Part shown: one piece after another, positions 18,758-27,696 of the stretch | Numbering within the stretch: position 1 is the stretch's first letter | How the letters are laid out: each line of letters opens with the position of its first letter | DNA from: Betaproteobacteria bacterium | Lineage (GTDB): Bacteria > Pseudomonadota > Gammaproteobacteria > Burkholderiales > SG8-39 | Direction of reading: 5' to 3' | DNA length: 64,000 nucleotides | NCBI GenBank assembly: GCA_037443705.1 | Contig: JBBINV010000005.1 | Span: forward strand, 1,578-65,577 | Notes under the pieces: generated by a model | Told to the model about the DNA's origin: nothing | Database searches by the model: none | The model's input: only the letters and a program-made list of their open reading frames with translations | Position numbers and translations under genes: made by a program

Positions 18758-20317
18758 CTACGAGCGGAGCTTGAACCGCTGGATCTTCCCGGTGGCGGTC
18801 TTCGGCAGCTCCTGGATGAACTCGATCCAGCGCGGGTACTTGTAGGGCGCGAGCTTGTCCTTGACGTGCTGCTGAAGCGCCGCCTTCAGCGCGTTGTCGC
18901 CGGTCTTGCCGGGTTTGAGCACGACGTAGGCCTTGGGCTTGACGAGCTTGTTCTCGTCCTCCGCGCCTACCACCGCCGCCTCGAGCACCGCCTCGTGCCC
19001 CACGAGCGCGGCTTCCACCTCGGCGGGCGAGACGTAGATCCCCGAAACTTTCAGCATGTCGTCCGAGCGCCCGCCGTAGACGTAGTAGCCGTCCTTGTCC
19101 TGCGAGTACTTGTCGCCGCTCCTGGTCCAGGTGCCGATGAAGGTGTTGCGGCTCTTTTCGCGATTGTTCCAGTAGCCGTTGGCCGCGGTGGGGCCGGCGA
19201 TCTGCAGTTCGCCCAGCTCGCCGGGCTTCACCGGGTTGCCCTGCTCGTCCACGAGCCGCAGCTCGTAGCCGGGCACCGCCTTGCCGGTGGTGCCGTAGCG
19301 GACGTCGCCGGGGCGGTTGGAGAGGAAGATGTGCAGCATCTCGGTAGAGCCGATGCCATCCAGGATGTCGATCCCGGTCTTTTCCCTGAAGCTCTGCGCG
19401 ATGCGCGGCGGCAGGGCCTCGCCCGCCGAAGTGCAGACGCGCAGCGCGAGCGCCTCCTTCTCCGGGAAGTTCGCGTCCGCCAGCATCGCGGCGTAGAGCG
19501 TGGGCACGCCGTAGAAGATGGTGGGCTTTTTCTCGGTGAGCCGCCTGAACACCGACGCGGGCGTAGGCCGCTCGGCCATGAGCACGGTGGTCGCGCCCAC
19601 CGCCATCGGGAAGGTGAGCGCGTTGCCGAGACCATAGGCGAAGAACAGCTTCGCCGCCGAAAAGACCGTGTCCTGCTCGCGGATGCCGAGGATCGGGCGC
19701 GCGTAGAGCTCGGCGGTAAGGATCGCGCTCGCGTGCACGTGCACGGTCCCCTTCGGCGTGCCGGTGGAGCCGGACGAATAGAGCCAGAAGCACGGATCGT
19801 CACGCGTGGTGGGCGCCGTTTCGAATTCCGGCTTGCCCTTCGAAAGAACTTCGTCGAACGAGGAGCCCGAAACAATGACATGCTTCAGGAACGGCAGCTT
19901 CCCGATCAGCGGCCTGAACTGGGGCAGGAGCGCCTCCGAGACGATCAGCGCGCGCGAGCGGCTGTCGGCGAGCATGAACTCGTAGTCCTTCGTCGTCAGC
20001 AGCGTGTTCACCGCGACCGGGACGATTCCCGCCTTGATCGCGCCGAGAAACGCGACCGGCCAGTCGATCGTGTCGTGCATCGCGATCAGCACGCGGCTCT
20101 CCATCTCGAGCCCGAGCGCACGCAGGCCCCCGGCGAAGCGGTTCACGCGCTCGGCGAGCTCGCCGTAGGTGTACCGCCCCGCATCGTCGATGCAGGCGGT
20201 CTTGCCGCCGCGCCCGGCAGCGAGATTGCGTCCGATCAGGTCTTCGGCGGCGTTGTAGTCTCGCGGAACCTCGACCCGCGGTGGACTGACCGAATGGTCG
20301 GCCTTCGAAAGGTTCAT
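18758..20317 (-). CDS. bclA: benzoate-CoA ligase family AMP-forming ligase
   Basis: YSSGSTGTPKGTVHVH AMP-binding box, GYWNNREKS and SGDKY...DGYYVYGGRSDDMLKVSGIYVSP. Adjacent to the box genes. Confidence 0.85.
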   Translation of the reverse strand: MNLSKADHSVSPPRVEVPRDYNAAEDLIGRNLAAGRGGKTACIDDAGRYTYGELAERVNRFAGGLRALGLEMESRVLIAMHDTIDWPVAFLGAIKAGIVPVAVNTLLTTKDYEFMLADSRSRALIVSEALLPQFRPLIGKLPFLKHVIVSGSSFDEVLSKGKPEFETAPTTRDDPCFWLYSSGSTGTPKGTVHVHASAILTAELYARPILGIREQDTVFSAAKLFFAYGLGNALTFPMAVGATTVLMAERPTPASVFRRLTEKKPTIFYGVPTLYAAMLADANFPEKEALALRVCTSAGEALPPRIAQSFREKTGIDILDGIGSTEMLHIFLSNRPGDVRYGTTGKAVPGYELRLVDEQGNPVKPGELGELQIAGPTAANGYWNNREKSRNTFIGTWTRSGDKYSQDKDGYYVYGGRSDDMLKVSGIYVSPAEVEAALVGHEAVLEAAVVGAEDENKLVKPKAYVVLKPGKTGDNALKAALQQHVKDKLAPYKYPRWIEFIQELPKTATGKIQRFKLRS

Positions 20318-20349
20318 TGGATCCCTCCCGCCATTGAACAGCGATACCT

Positions 20350-20826
20350 TCAGGAAACCCGCTCTGCCGCTTCCTTCGCCAGTTTAAGCCAGCCCGCGCC
20401 CCATTCCTCGGCCGTCTCCTCCGGCAGCACGCCCGAGGAGGCGTCGTGCTGGACGCGCTCGCCGATCCTCTGCGCGCCGAGCTCGGCGAGCAGCTCGTCG
20501 AAGCGCTTGCCGCCGAAATTGAAGGTTTCGGCGTAGGTGCGATCGCCCAGCCCGAACACCCCGTAGCGCACCCGGGAGAGATCCGGACGGCGCTCTTTCA
20601 GCTCCTGATAGAGCGCCTTCGCGTTGTCCGGAACGTCGCCCTGCCCGTAGGTCGAGGTGCACACGAGAAAGACGCCGCCGCGCGAGAACACCGACGCGTC
20701 GGCCCGGTCCATGAGCAGCGTCTCCACGGCGGTCTCGCCGTCGTCCCACGCGAGCTCGAGTTCCTGCGCGACGAGCTGCGCCGTGCCGGTCATCGTGCCG
20801 ACCAGAATCGTGATCCGTAGCCCCAT
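20350..20826 (-). CDS. flavodoxin-domain protein
   Basis: ITILVGTMTGTAQLVA...LVCTSTYGQGDVPDNA...YGVFGLGDRTY FMN-binding pattern. Start ATG 20826 with AAGGA upstream. Ends 32 nt before bclA. Confidence 0.8.
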   Translation of the reverse strand: MGLRITILVGTMTGTAQLVAQELELAWDDGETAVETLLMDRADASVFSRGGVFLVCTSTYGQGDVPDNAKALYQELKERRPDLSRVRYGVFGLGDRTYAETFNFGGKRFDELLAELGAQRIGERVQHDASSGVLPEETAEEWGAGWLKLAKEAAERVS

Positions 20827-20839
20827 GCGCGTTCCTTGA

Positions 20840-20868
20840 TTGACATCAACTATATTGCAGACTAGAAT
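20840..20868 (+). promoter_or_regulatory. sigma70-like promoter for boxR-boxCBA
   Basis: TTGACA (20840-20845), a 17-nt spacer, then TAGAAT (20863-20868), about 45 nt upstream of the boxR start. This is the only AT-rich patch in the area. Confidence 0.5.
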
Positions 20869-20877
20869 GCCGGTCAA
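20849..20877 (-). promoter_or_regulatory. sigma70-like promoter for flavodoxin-bclA, interdigitated with the boxR promoter
   Basis: On the minus strand: TTGACC (20877-20872), a 17-nt spacer, then TATAGT (20854-20849). Confidence 0.45.
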
Positions 20878-20882
20878 GCATT
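20866..20882. promoter_or_regulatory. palindrome AATGC-N7-GCATT, candidate BoxR operator
   Basis: AATGCCGGTCAAGCATT overlaps the -10 of the plus promoter and the -35 of the minus promoter. A TGCA core also lies at 20856-20859. Confidence 0.3.
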
Positions 20883-20912
20883 ATATTTCATTACCCGGCG
20901 TCAACATCTTCC

Positions 20913-21692
20913 ATGGGCGCGGCCCTCACCCCACCCCAGCGTGCGCACAACGGCGAAGCCGCCTACCTCGCGCGCCTGGGCGAGCGCGTGCGCGACTGGC
21001 GCCTCGGCCGCGGCGTGACGCGCAAGGCGCTCGCGCTCTCCTCGGGCGTATCGGAGCGCTACCTCGCCCAGCTCGAGGCGGGCGAAGGCAACATCTCGGT
21101 GCTGCTGCTCCGGCGCGTGGCGCAGGCGATGCAGGTGCCCGTGGAAGAGCTCGTGCGCGAGCAGGAGGCCGCCCCGCGCACCGCGCGCATCGCGCTCGTG
21201 GGCCTGCGCGGCGCGGGGAAATCGACGCTCGGCGAGCGGCTCGCGCAGAGCCTCCAGGTGCCTTTCGTGGAGCTCGACCGCGAGGTCGAGCGCGAGGCGG
21301 GCGCGGCGCTCGGCGAAGTGTTCGCGATGTACGGCCAGGACGCCTTCCGGCGCTTCGAGCATCGCGCGCTCGAGCGCGTGCTGAAAGGCAATCCGCGCTG
21401 CGTCATCGCCGCGGGCGGCAGTCTCGTCACCGACCCGGACACCTGGCGGCTGCTGCGCGAGAGCTGCTACTGCGTGTGGCTGAAAGCTTCGCCCGAGGAG
21501 CACATGCAGCGCGTCATCGCGCAGGGCGACCTGCGCCCGTTCCGCGGCCGGTCGGAAGCGCTCGACGAGATTCGCAAGCTTCTCGCCGACCGGGAAAGCC
21601 TCTACGCGCGCGCCGACGCGGTTCTGGACACCTCGGCGCGGCCCCTCAAGCAGACGATCGCCGAGCTGCGGCGAATCACGGAGAACCCATGA
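20913..21692 (+). CDS. boxR: BoxR/BzdR-type regulator (XRE HTH fused to a shikimate-kinase-like domain)
   Basis: HTH region RLGRGVTRKALALSSGVSERYLAQLEAGEGNISVLLLRRVAQAM, then Walker-A-like VGLRGAGKSTLG and a shikimate-kinase-like remainder. Confidence 0.85.
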   Translation: MGAALTPPQRAHNGEAAYLARLGERVRDWRLGRGVTRKALALSSGVSERYLAQLEAGEGNISVLLLRRVAQAMQVPVEELVREQEAAPRTARIALVGLRGAGKSTLGERLAQSLQVPFVELDREVEREAGAALGEVFAMYGQDAFRRFEHRALERVLKGNPRCVIAAGGSLVTDPDTWRLLRESCYCVWLKASPEEHMQRVIAQGDLRPFRGRSEALDEIRKLLADRESLYARADAVLDTSARPLKQTIAELRRITENP

Positions 21693-23317
21693 TCAGCTTC
21701 GACACACGGCCCGAAACCTACAATCACTGGAAGCTCGCCTTCGACGGCCCCGTCGCGACGCTCACGCTCGACGTGGCCGAGGACAAGGGCCTCGCGCCCG
21801 GCTACAAGCTGAAGCTCAACTCCTACGACCTCGGCGTCGACATCGAGCTGCACGATGCGCTCAACCGCATCCGCTTCGAGCACCCCGAGGTGAAGGCGGT
21901 GGTCCTCACGAGCGGCAAGAGCCGCATGTTCTGCTCCGGCGCGAACATCTACATGCTCGGGCTCTCCACGCACGCGTGGAAAGTGAACTTCTGCAAGTTC
22001 ACGAACGAGACCCGGAACGGCATCGAGGACTCGTCGAAACATTCCGGGCTCAAGTTCCTCGCGGCGCTGAACGGCGCGACCGCGGGCGGCGGCTACGAGC
22101 TCGCGCTCGCCTGCGACGAGATCGCGATGATCGACGACCGCTCGAGCGCGGTGAGCCTTCCCGAGGTGCCGCTCCTCGGCGTGCTGCCGGGTACCGGCGG
22201 GCTGACGAGGATTACCGACAAGAGAAAGGTCCGAAGGGATCTGGCCGACCTGTTCTGCACCACCGCCGAGGGCGTGCGCGCCGACCGCGCAAAGGAGTGG
22301 AAGCTCGTGGACCACACCGCGAAGCCGCAGCAGTTCGCCGAGGCCGTCAGGGCGCGCGCGCTCGAGCTCGCGAAGCTCTCGGACCGGCCCGGCGGAAAAG
22401 GGGTCGCCCTGACGCCCCTGAGCAGGGAATCCTCGGAAAGCGGATACCGCTATTCGACGGTCGAAGTCTCCCTCGATCCCCGGAACCGGACCGCGGAGAT
22501 CACGGCAAGAGCGCCCGAAGGAAAGCAGCCCGAAACCGCCGGGGAAGCGCTCGCGCTCGGCGCGGCGTGGTGGCCGCTCGCGCTGGCACGCGAGCTCGAC
22601 GACGCGATTCTGATGCTCAGGCACAACCATCTGGACACCGGATTGTGGGTGCTGAAGACGCGGGGAAGCATCGAGGAAGTTCTGAAAACCGATTCCTTTC
22701 TCGAAAACCACGCCTCTCACTGGTTCGTGCGCGAGACGACCGGGTATTTGCGCCGCACGCTCGCGCGGCTGGACGTCTCGTCGCGCTCCATCTTCGCGGT
22801 CGTGGACGCGGGCTCGTGCTTCGCCGGCACGCTCGCCGAGCTCCTGCTCGCCGCCGACCGCAGCTTCATGCTGAAGGTCGACGGCGGCCCCGCGATCGCG
22901 CTCTCCCCGCTCAACTTCGGCACCTATCCGATGGTCAGCGGCGTGACACGGATGGAATCAAGGTTCTGCGAACAGGCTCAACCCGTGGAGGCGGCAAGGC
23001 AGACCCTCGGCGAGAAGCTCGACGCGCACGACGCCGCGGAGCTGGGCCTCGTCACCTCGACGCCCGACGACCTCGACTGGAACGGCGAGCTGCGCCTCGC
23101 GATCGAGGAGCGCGCGAGCCTCTCGCCCGACGCGCTCACCGGCATGGAGGCGAGCCTGCGCTTTTCCGGGCGCGAGACGATGCTCACGCGCGTCTTCGGG
23201 CGGCTGTCGGCGTGGCAGAACTGGATCTTCAACCGGCCCAACGCGGCCGGCGAGCAGGGCGCGCTCAAGGTCTACGGCACCGGCGCGAAGGCGAAATTCA
23301 ACTGGGAGCGCGTGTAA
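21689..23317 (+). CDS. boxC: benzoyl-CoA-dihydrodiol lyase
   Basis: Starts MISFDTRPETYNHWKL. Crotonase-fold motif FCSGANIYML...ALNGATAGGGYELALACD; about 542 aa. ATGA overlap with boxR. Confidence 0.9.
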   Translation: MISFDTRPETYNHWKLAFDGPVATLTLDVAEDKGLAPGYKLKLNSYDLGVDIELHDALNRIRFEHPEVKAVVLTSGKSRMFCSGANIYMLGLSTHAWKVNFCKFTNETRNGIEDSSKHSGLKFLAALNGATAGGGYELALACDEIAMIDDRSSAVSLPEVPLLGVLPGTGGLTRITDKRKVRRDLADLFCTTAEGVRADRAKEWKLVDHTAKPQQFAEAVRARALELAKLSDRPGGKGVALTPLSRESSESGYRYSTVEVSLDPRNRTAEITARAPEGKQPETAGEALALGAAWWPLALARELDDAILMLRHNHLDTGLWVLKTRGSIEEVLKTDSFLENHASHWFVRETTGYLRRTLARLDVSSRSIFAVVDAGSCFAGTLAELLLAADRSFMLKVDGGPAIALSPLNFGTYPMVSGVTRMESRFCEQAQPVEAARQTLGEKLDAHDAAELGLVTSTPDDLDWNGELRLAIEERASLSPDALTGMEASLRFSGRETMLTRVFGRLSAWQNWIFNRPNAAGEQGALKVYGTGAKAKFNWERV

Positions 23318-23319
23318 TC

Positions 23320-24744
23320 ATGAGCATCAACTATTCCGAGAAGATTCCGAACAACGTCGATCTCGCGCAGAACCGGACGCTCCAGCGCGCGCTCGAGCAC
23401 TGGCAGCCGAACTACCTCAAGTGGTGGGCCGACATGGGCCCGGACAAGTCGTCCGCGTACGACGTGTACCTGCGCACCGCGGTGAGCGTGGACCCGAAGG
23501 GCTGGGCGCACTACGACTACGTGAAGATGCCGGACTACCGCTGGGGAATCTTTCTCGCGCCGGCCGAAAGCGACCGCAAGGTGAACTTCGGCGCGCACAA
23601 GGGCGAGCCCGCGTGGCAGGAGGTGCCGGGCGAGTACCGCTCGACGCTGCGGCGCATCATCGTCACGCAGGGCGACACCGAGCCCGCCTCGGTGGAGCAG
23701 CAGCGCCACCTCGGCCTCACCTGCCCTTCGCTCTACGACCTGCGGAACCTGTTTCAGGTGAACGTGGAGGAAGGCCGGCACCTCTGGGCGATGGTGTACC
23801 TGCTTCACGCGCACTTCGGCAAGGACGGCCGCGAGGAAGGCGAGGCGCTCCTCGAGCGGCGCTCGGGCGACGCCGACAACCCGCGCATCCTCACCGCGTT
23901 CAACGAGAAGACGCCCGACTGGCTCTCGTTCTTCATGTTCACCTTCATCACCGACCGCGACGGCAAGTACCAGCTCGCGGCGCTCGCGGAATCGGGCTTC
24001 GATCCCCTCTCGCGCACCTGCCGCTTCATGCTGACCGAGGAAGCGCACCACCTCTTCGTGGGCGAATCGGGCGTCGCGCGCATCGTCGAGCGCACCTGCG
24101 AGGCGATGGCCGCGCACAGGACCGACGACCCGGCGAAGCTTCGCGGCATGGGCGTGATCGACCTGCCAACGCTGCAGCGCTACCTCAACTTCCACTTCAG
24201 CGTGACGAGCGATCTCTACGGCGCGGAGATCTCCTCGAACGCAGCCTCTTTCTACGCCAACGGCCTCAAGGGCCGCTTCCAGGAGACGATGATCGAGGAC
24301 GACCACCGGCTCGAGGGAGCCGAATACCCGGTGCCGGAAGTCTCGGGCGACGCGATCGTCACGAAGCACGTCGCCGCGCTCACCGCGCTCAACGAGCGCC
24401 TGCGCGACGACTGGACGCACGACGTGCAGAACGCGATCGACCGCTGGAACCGCATTCCCGCGAACCACGGCATCCCGTTCCGCTTCCGCCTGCCGCACAA
24501 GGGCTTCCACCGCAGGATCGGCGTGTTCGCCGGGATCCACGTCAGCCCCGAGGGCAAGGTCCTGTCGGAGGCCGAATGGACGCATCGCCACAGGGAATGG
24601 CTGCCCTCGGAGGAGGACCGCGCGTTCGTGCAATCGCTCATGGGCCGCGTCACCGAGCCGGGCAAGTTCGCCAACTGGATCGCGCCGCCGAGGCAGGGCA
24701 TCAACAAGCAGCCGGTGAATTTCGAGTACGTGAGGTTCTCCTGA
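23320..24744 (+). CDS. boxB: benzoyl-CoA 2,3-epoxidase, diiron oxygenase component B
   Basis: Starts [15 protein letters not shown]. Diiron motifs [16 protein letters not shown] and [13 protein letters not shown]; 474 aa. Confidence 0.95.
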   Translation: MSINYSEKIPNNVDLAQNRTLQRALEHWQPNYLKWWADMGPDKSSAYDVYLRTAVSVDPKGWAHYDYVKMPDYRWGIFLAPAESDRKVNFGAHKGEPAWQEVPGEYRSTLRRIIVTQGDTEPASVEQQRHLGLTCPSLYDLRNLFQVNVEEGRHLWAMVYLLHAHFGKDGREEGEALLERRSGDADNPRILTAFNEKTPDWLSFFMFTFITDRDGKYQLAALAESGFDPLSRTCRFMLTEEAHHLFVGESGVARIVERTCEAMAAHRTDDPAKLRGMGVIDLPTLQRYLNFHFSVTSDLYGAEISSNAASFYANGLKGRFQETMIEDDHRLEGAEYPVPEVSGDAIVTKHVAALTALNERLRDDWTHDVQNAIDRWNRIPANHGIPFRFRLPHKGFHRRIGVFAGIHVSPEGKVLSEAEWTHRHREWLPSEEDRAFVQSLMGRVTEPGKFANWIAPPRQGINKQPVNFEYVRFS

Positions 24745-24748
24745 TTCG

Positions 24749-25933
24749 ATGATCGCCGCAGAGCTCATCCGCCAGCATCTGATCGACCCGGAGATCTGCA
24801 TCCGGTGCAACACCTGCGAGGAGACGTGCCCGATCGACGCGATCACGCACGACTCGCGCAACTACGTGGTGAAGCCCGAGATCTGCAACAACTGCGGCGA
24901 CTGCGTCGCGCCCTGCCCCACCGGCGCGATCGACTCGTGGCGGCGCGTGGCGAAGCCGTACCCGATCGACGAGCAGCTCCTGTGGGATGCCTTGCCAGCG
25001 GAAGAAGTGCAAGAAGGACAGGCGGGCGAGGTGCCCGAGGAAATCGCTCGCCTCACGGACATTTCCATTCAAGGCCAGGGCGGACAGGTGCCGCCCCCGT
25101 GGTCGGCGGCGCATCCGTACGTCGGGCTCTACAGCCTGACGAAGCCGGCGACCGCGATCTGCAGCGGCAATTACCGCCTGACCGCGGAGAACGCCGGGAG
25201 CGACGTCCGGCACATCGTGCTCGACTTCGGCAGCACGGCATTCCCGGTGCTCGAGGGCCAGTCGCTCGCGGTGATCGTCCCGGGCGCGGCGCCGCACGTG
25301 CGCATGTACTCGGTGGCGAGCCCCAGGAACGGCGAGCGCCCCGGCTACAACAACCTCTCGCTGACGGTCAAGCGCGTGACGCGCGACCGCGAAGGAAAGC
25401 CCGTGCGCGGCGTGGCCTCGAACTACCTGTGCGACCTGAAGAAGGGCGACAAGGTGAGCGTGGCGGGTCCGTTCGGTGCGAGCTTCCTGATGCCGAACCA
25501 CCCCGGCTCGAACCTCGTCATGATCTGCACCGGCACGGGCTCGGCGCCGATGCGCGCCATGACCGAGCGGCGCCGGCGCCGCCTGGCGCTCAGGGAGGGC
25601 GGCGAGCTGATGCTGTTCTTCGGCGCGCGAACGCCCGGAGAGCTGCCCTACTTCGGCCCGCTCATGAAGCTGCCGAAGGAGCTGATCGATGTCCAGCTCG
25701 CCTTCTCGCGCGTACCCGGAAAGCCGAAGGAGTACGTCCAGGACCGCATGCGCGCCTGCCGCGACAAGCTCGCGCGCCTGCTCGCCGACGACAACACCTT
25801 CGTCTATCTCTGCGGTCACAAGCAGATGGAGGAAGGCGTGGAGCGGGCTTTTTCCGAGATCTGCAGTTCCGACTGGGCAGGGCTCAAGGAAGCCCTTCGT
25901 ATGCAAGGCCGGTATCACGTGGAGACCTACTGA
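24749..25933 (+). CDS. boxA: benzoyl-CoA oxygenase reductase component A (2x[4Fe-4S] ferredoxin plus FNR-like domain)
   Basis: [12 protein letters not shown] and [12 protein letters not shown] clusters, [11 protein letters not shown] motif and [19 protein letters not shown] motif. Confidence 0.9.
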   Translation: MIAAELIRQHLIDPEICIRCNTCEETCPIDAITHDSRNYVVKPEICNNCGDCVAPCPTGAIDSWRRVAKPYPIDEQLLWDALPAEEVQEGQAGEVPEEIARLTDISIQGQGGQVPPPWSAAHPYVGLYSLTKPATAICSGNYRLTAENAGSDVRHIVLDFGSTAFPVLEGQSLAVIVPGAAPHVRMYSVASPRNGERPGYNNLSLTVKRVTRDREGKPVRGVASNYLCDLKKGDKVSVAGPFGASFLMPNHPGSNLVMICTGTGSAPMRAMTERRRRRLALREGGELMLFFGARTPGELPYFGPLMKLPKELIDVQLAFSRVPGKPKEYVQDRMRACRDKLARLLADDNTFVYLCGHKQMEEGVERAFSEICSSDWAGLKEALRMQGRYHVETY

Positions 25934-25934
25934 C

Positions 25935-27344
<1,410 letters not shown>

Positions 27345-27485
27345 GAGTTCGCGGTGAGAAGCCCGGCGAGGGCATGGAGCGTCTTCCGCGGAAATCGTTC
27401 CAGCGGGCAGTACCGCGTAACGATCTCGATCGCCCTCTCGCAAACGGGCTCTAAAGGCGCCGCGGTCCGCGCCGTTAACCGGGAC

Positions 27486-27692
27486 ATGAACTACCTGTGC
27501 TTCGACTGCTTCCTCAAGCCGTTCACCGGCGGCACGACCGACGCGCTGCAGCACGAGGACATGGCGCCTTGCACACCACGTCGCCCCGGCAGTGCGTACA
27601 CGGGGCTCGCCTGCGCGAAGTGCGGCGCGCCCGTAGAGATCGACACGCATTTCCGGCGCTGGTACGCAGACGCCGCGGCGCTGCCGCGCTGA
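27486..27692 (+). CDS. small (68 aa) Cys4 zinc-ribbon-like hypothetical protein
   Basis: MNYLCFDC...CAKCGAP gives a CxxC-N34-CxxC pattern. About 88 percent G/C at codon position 3 (60 of 68 codons counted by hand), as in the real genes here. Weak RBS. Confidence 0.5.
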   Translation: MNYLCFDCFLKPFTGGTTDALQHEDMAPCTPRRPGSAYTGLACAKCGAPVEIDTHFRRWYADAAALPR

Positions 27693-27696
27693 CGGG

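Noticed and set aside
17669-20536. 955-aa plus-strand ORF spanning the LigJ-like gene, an intergenic region and antisense bclA
   Set aside because: It is out of frame with the LigJ-like gene and antisense to a clear AMP-ligase. Composition is low-complexity Arg/Ala/Gly.
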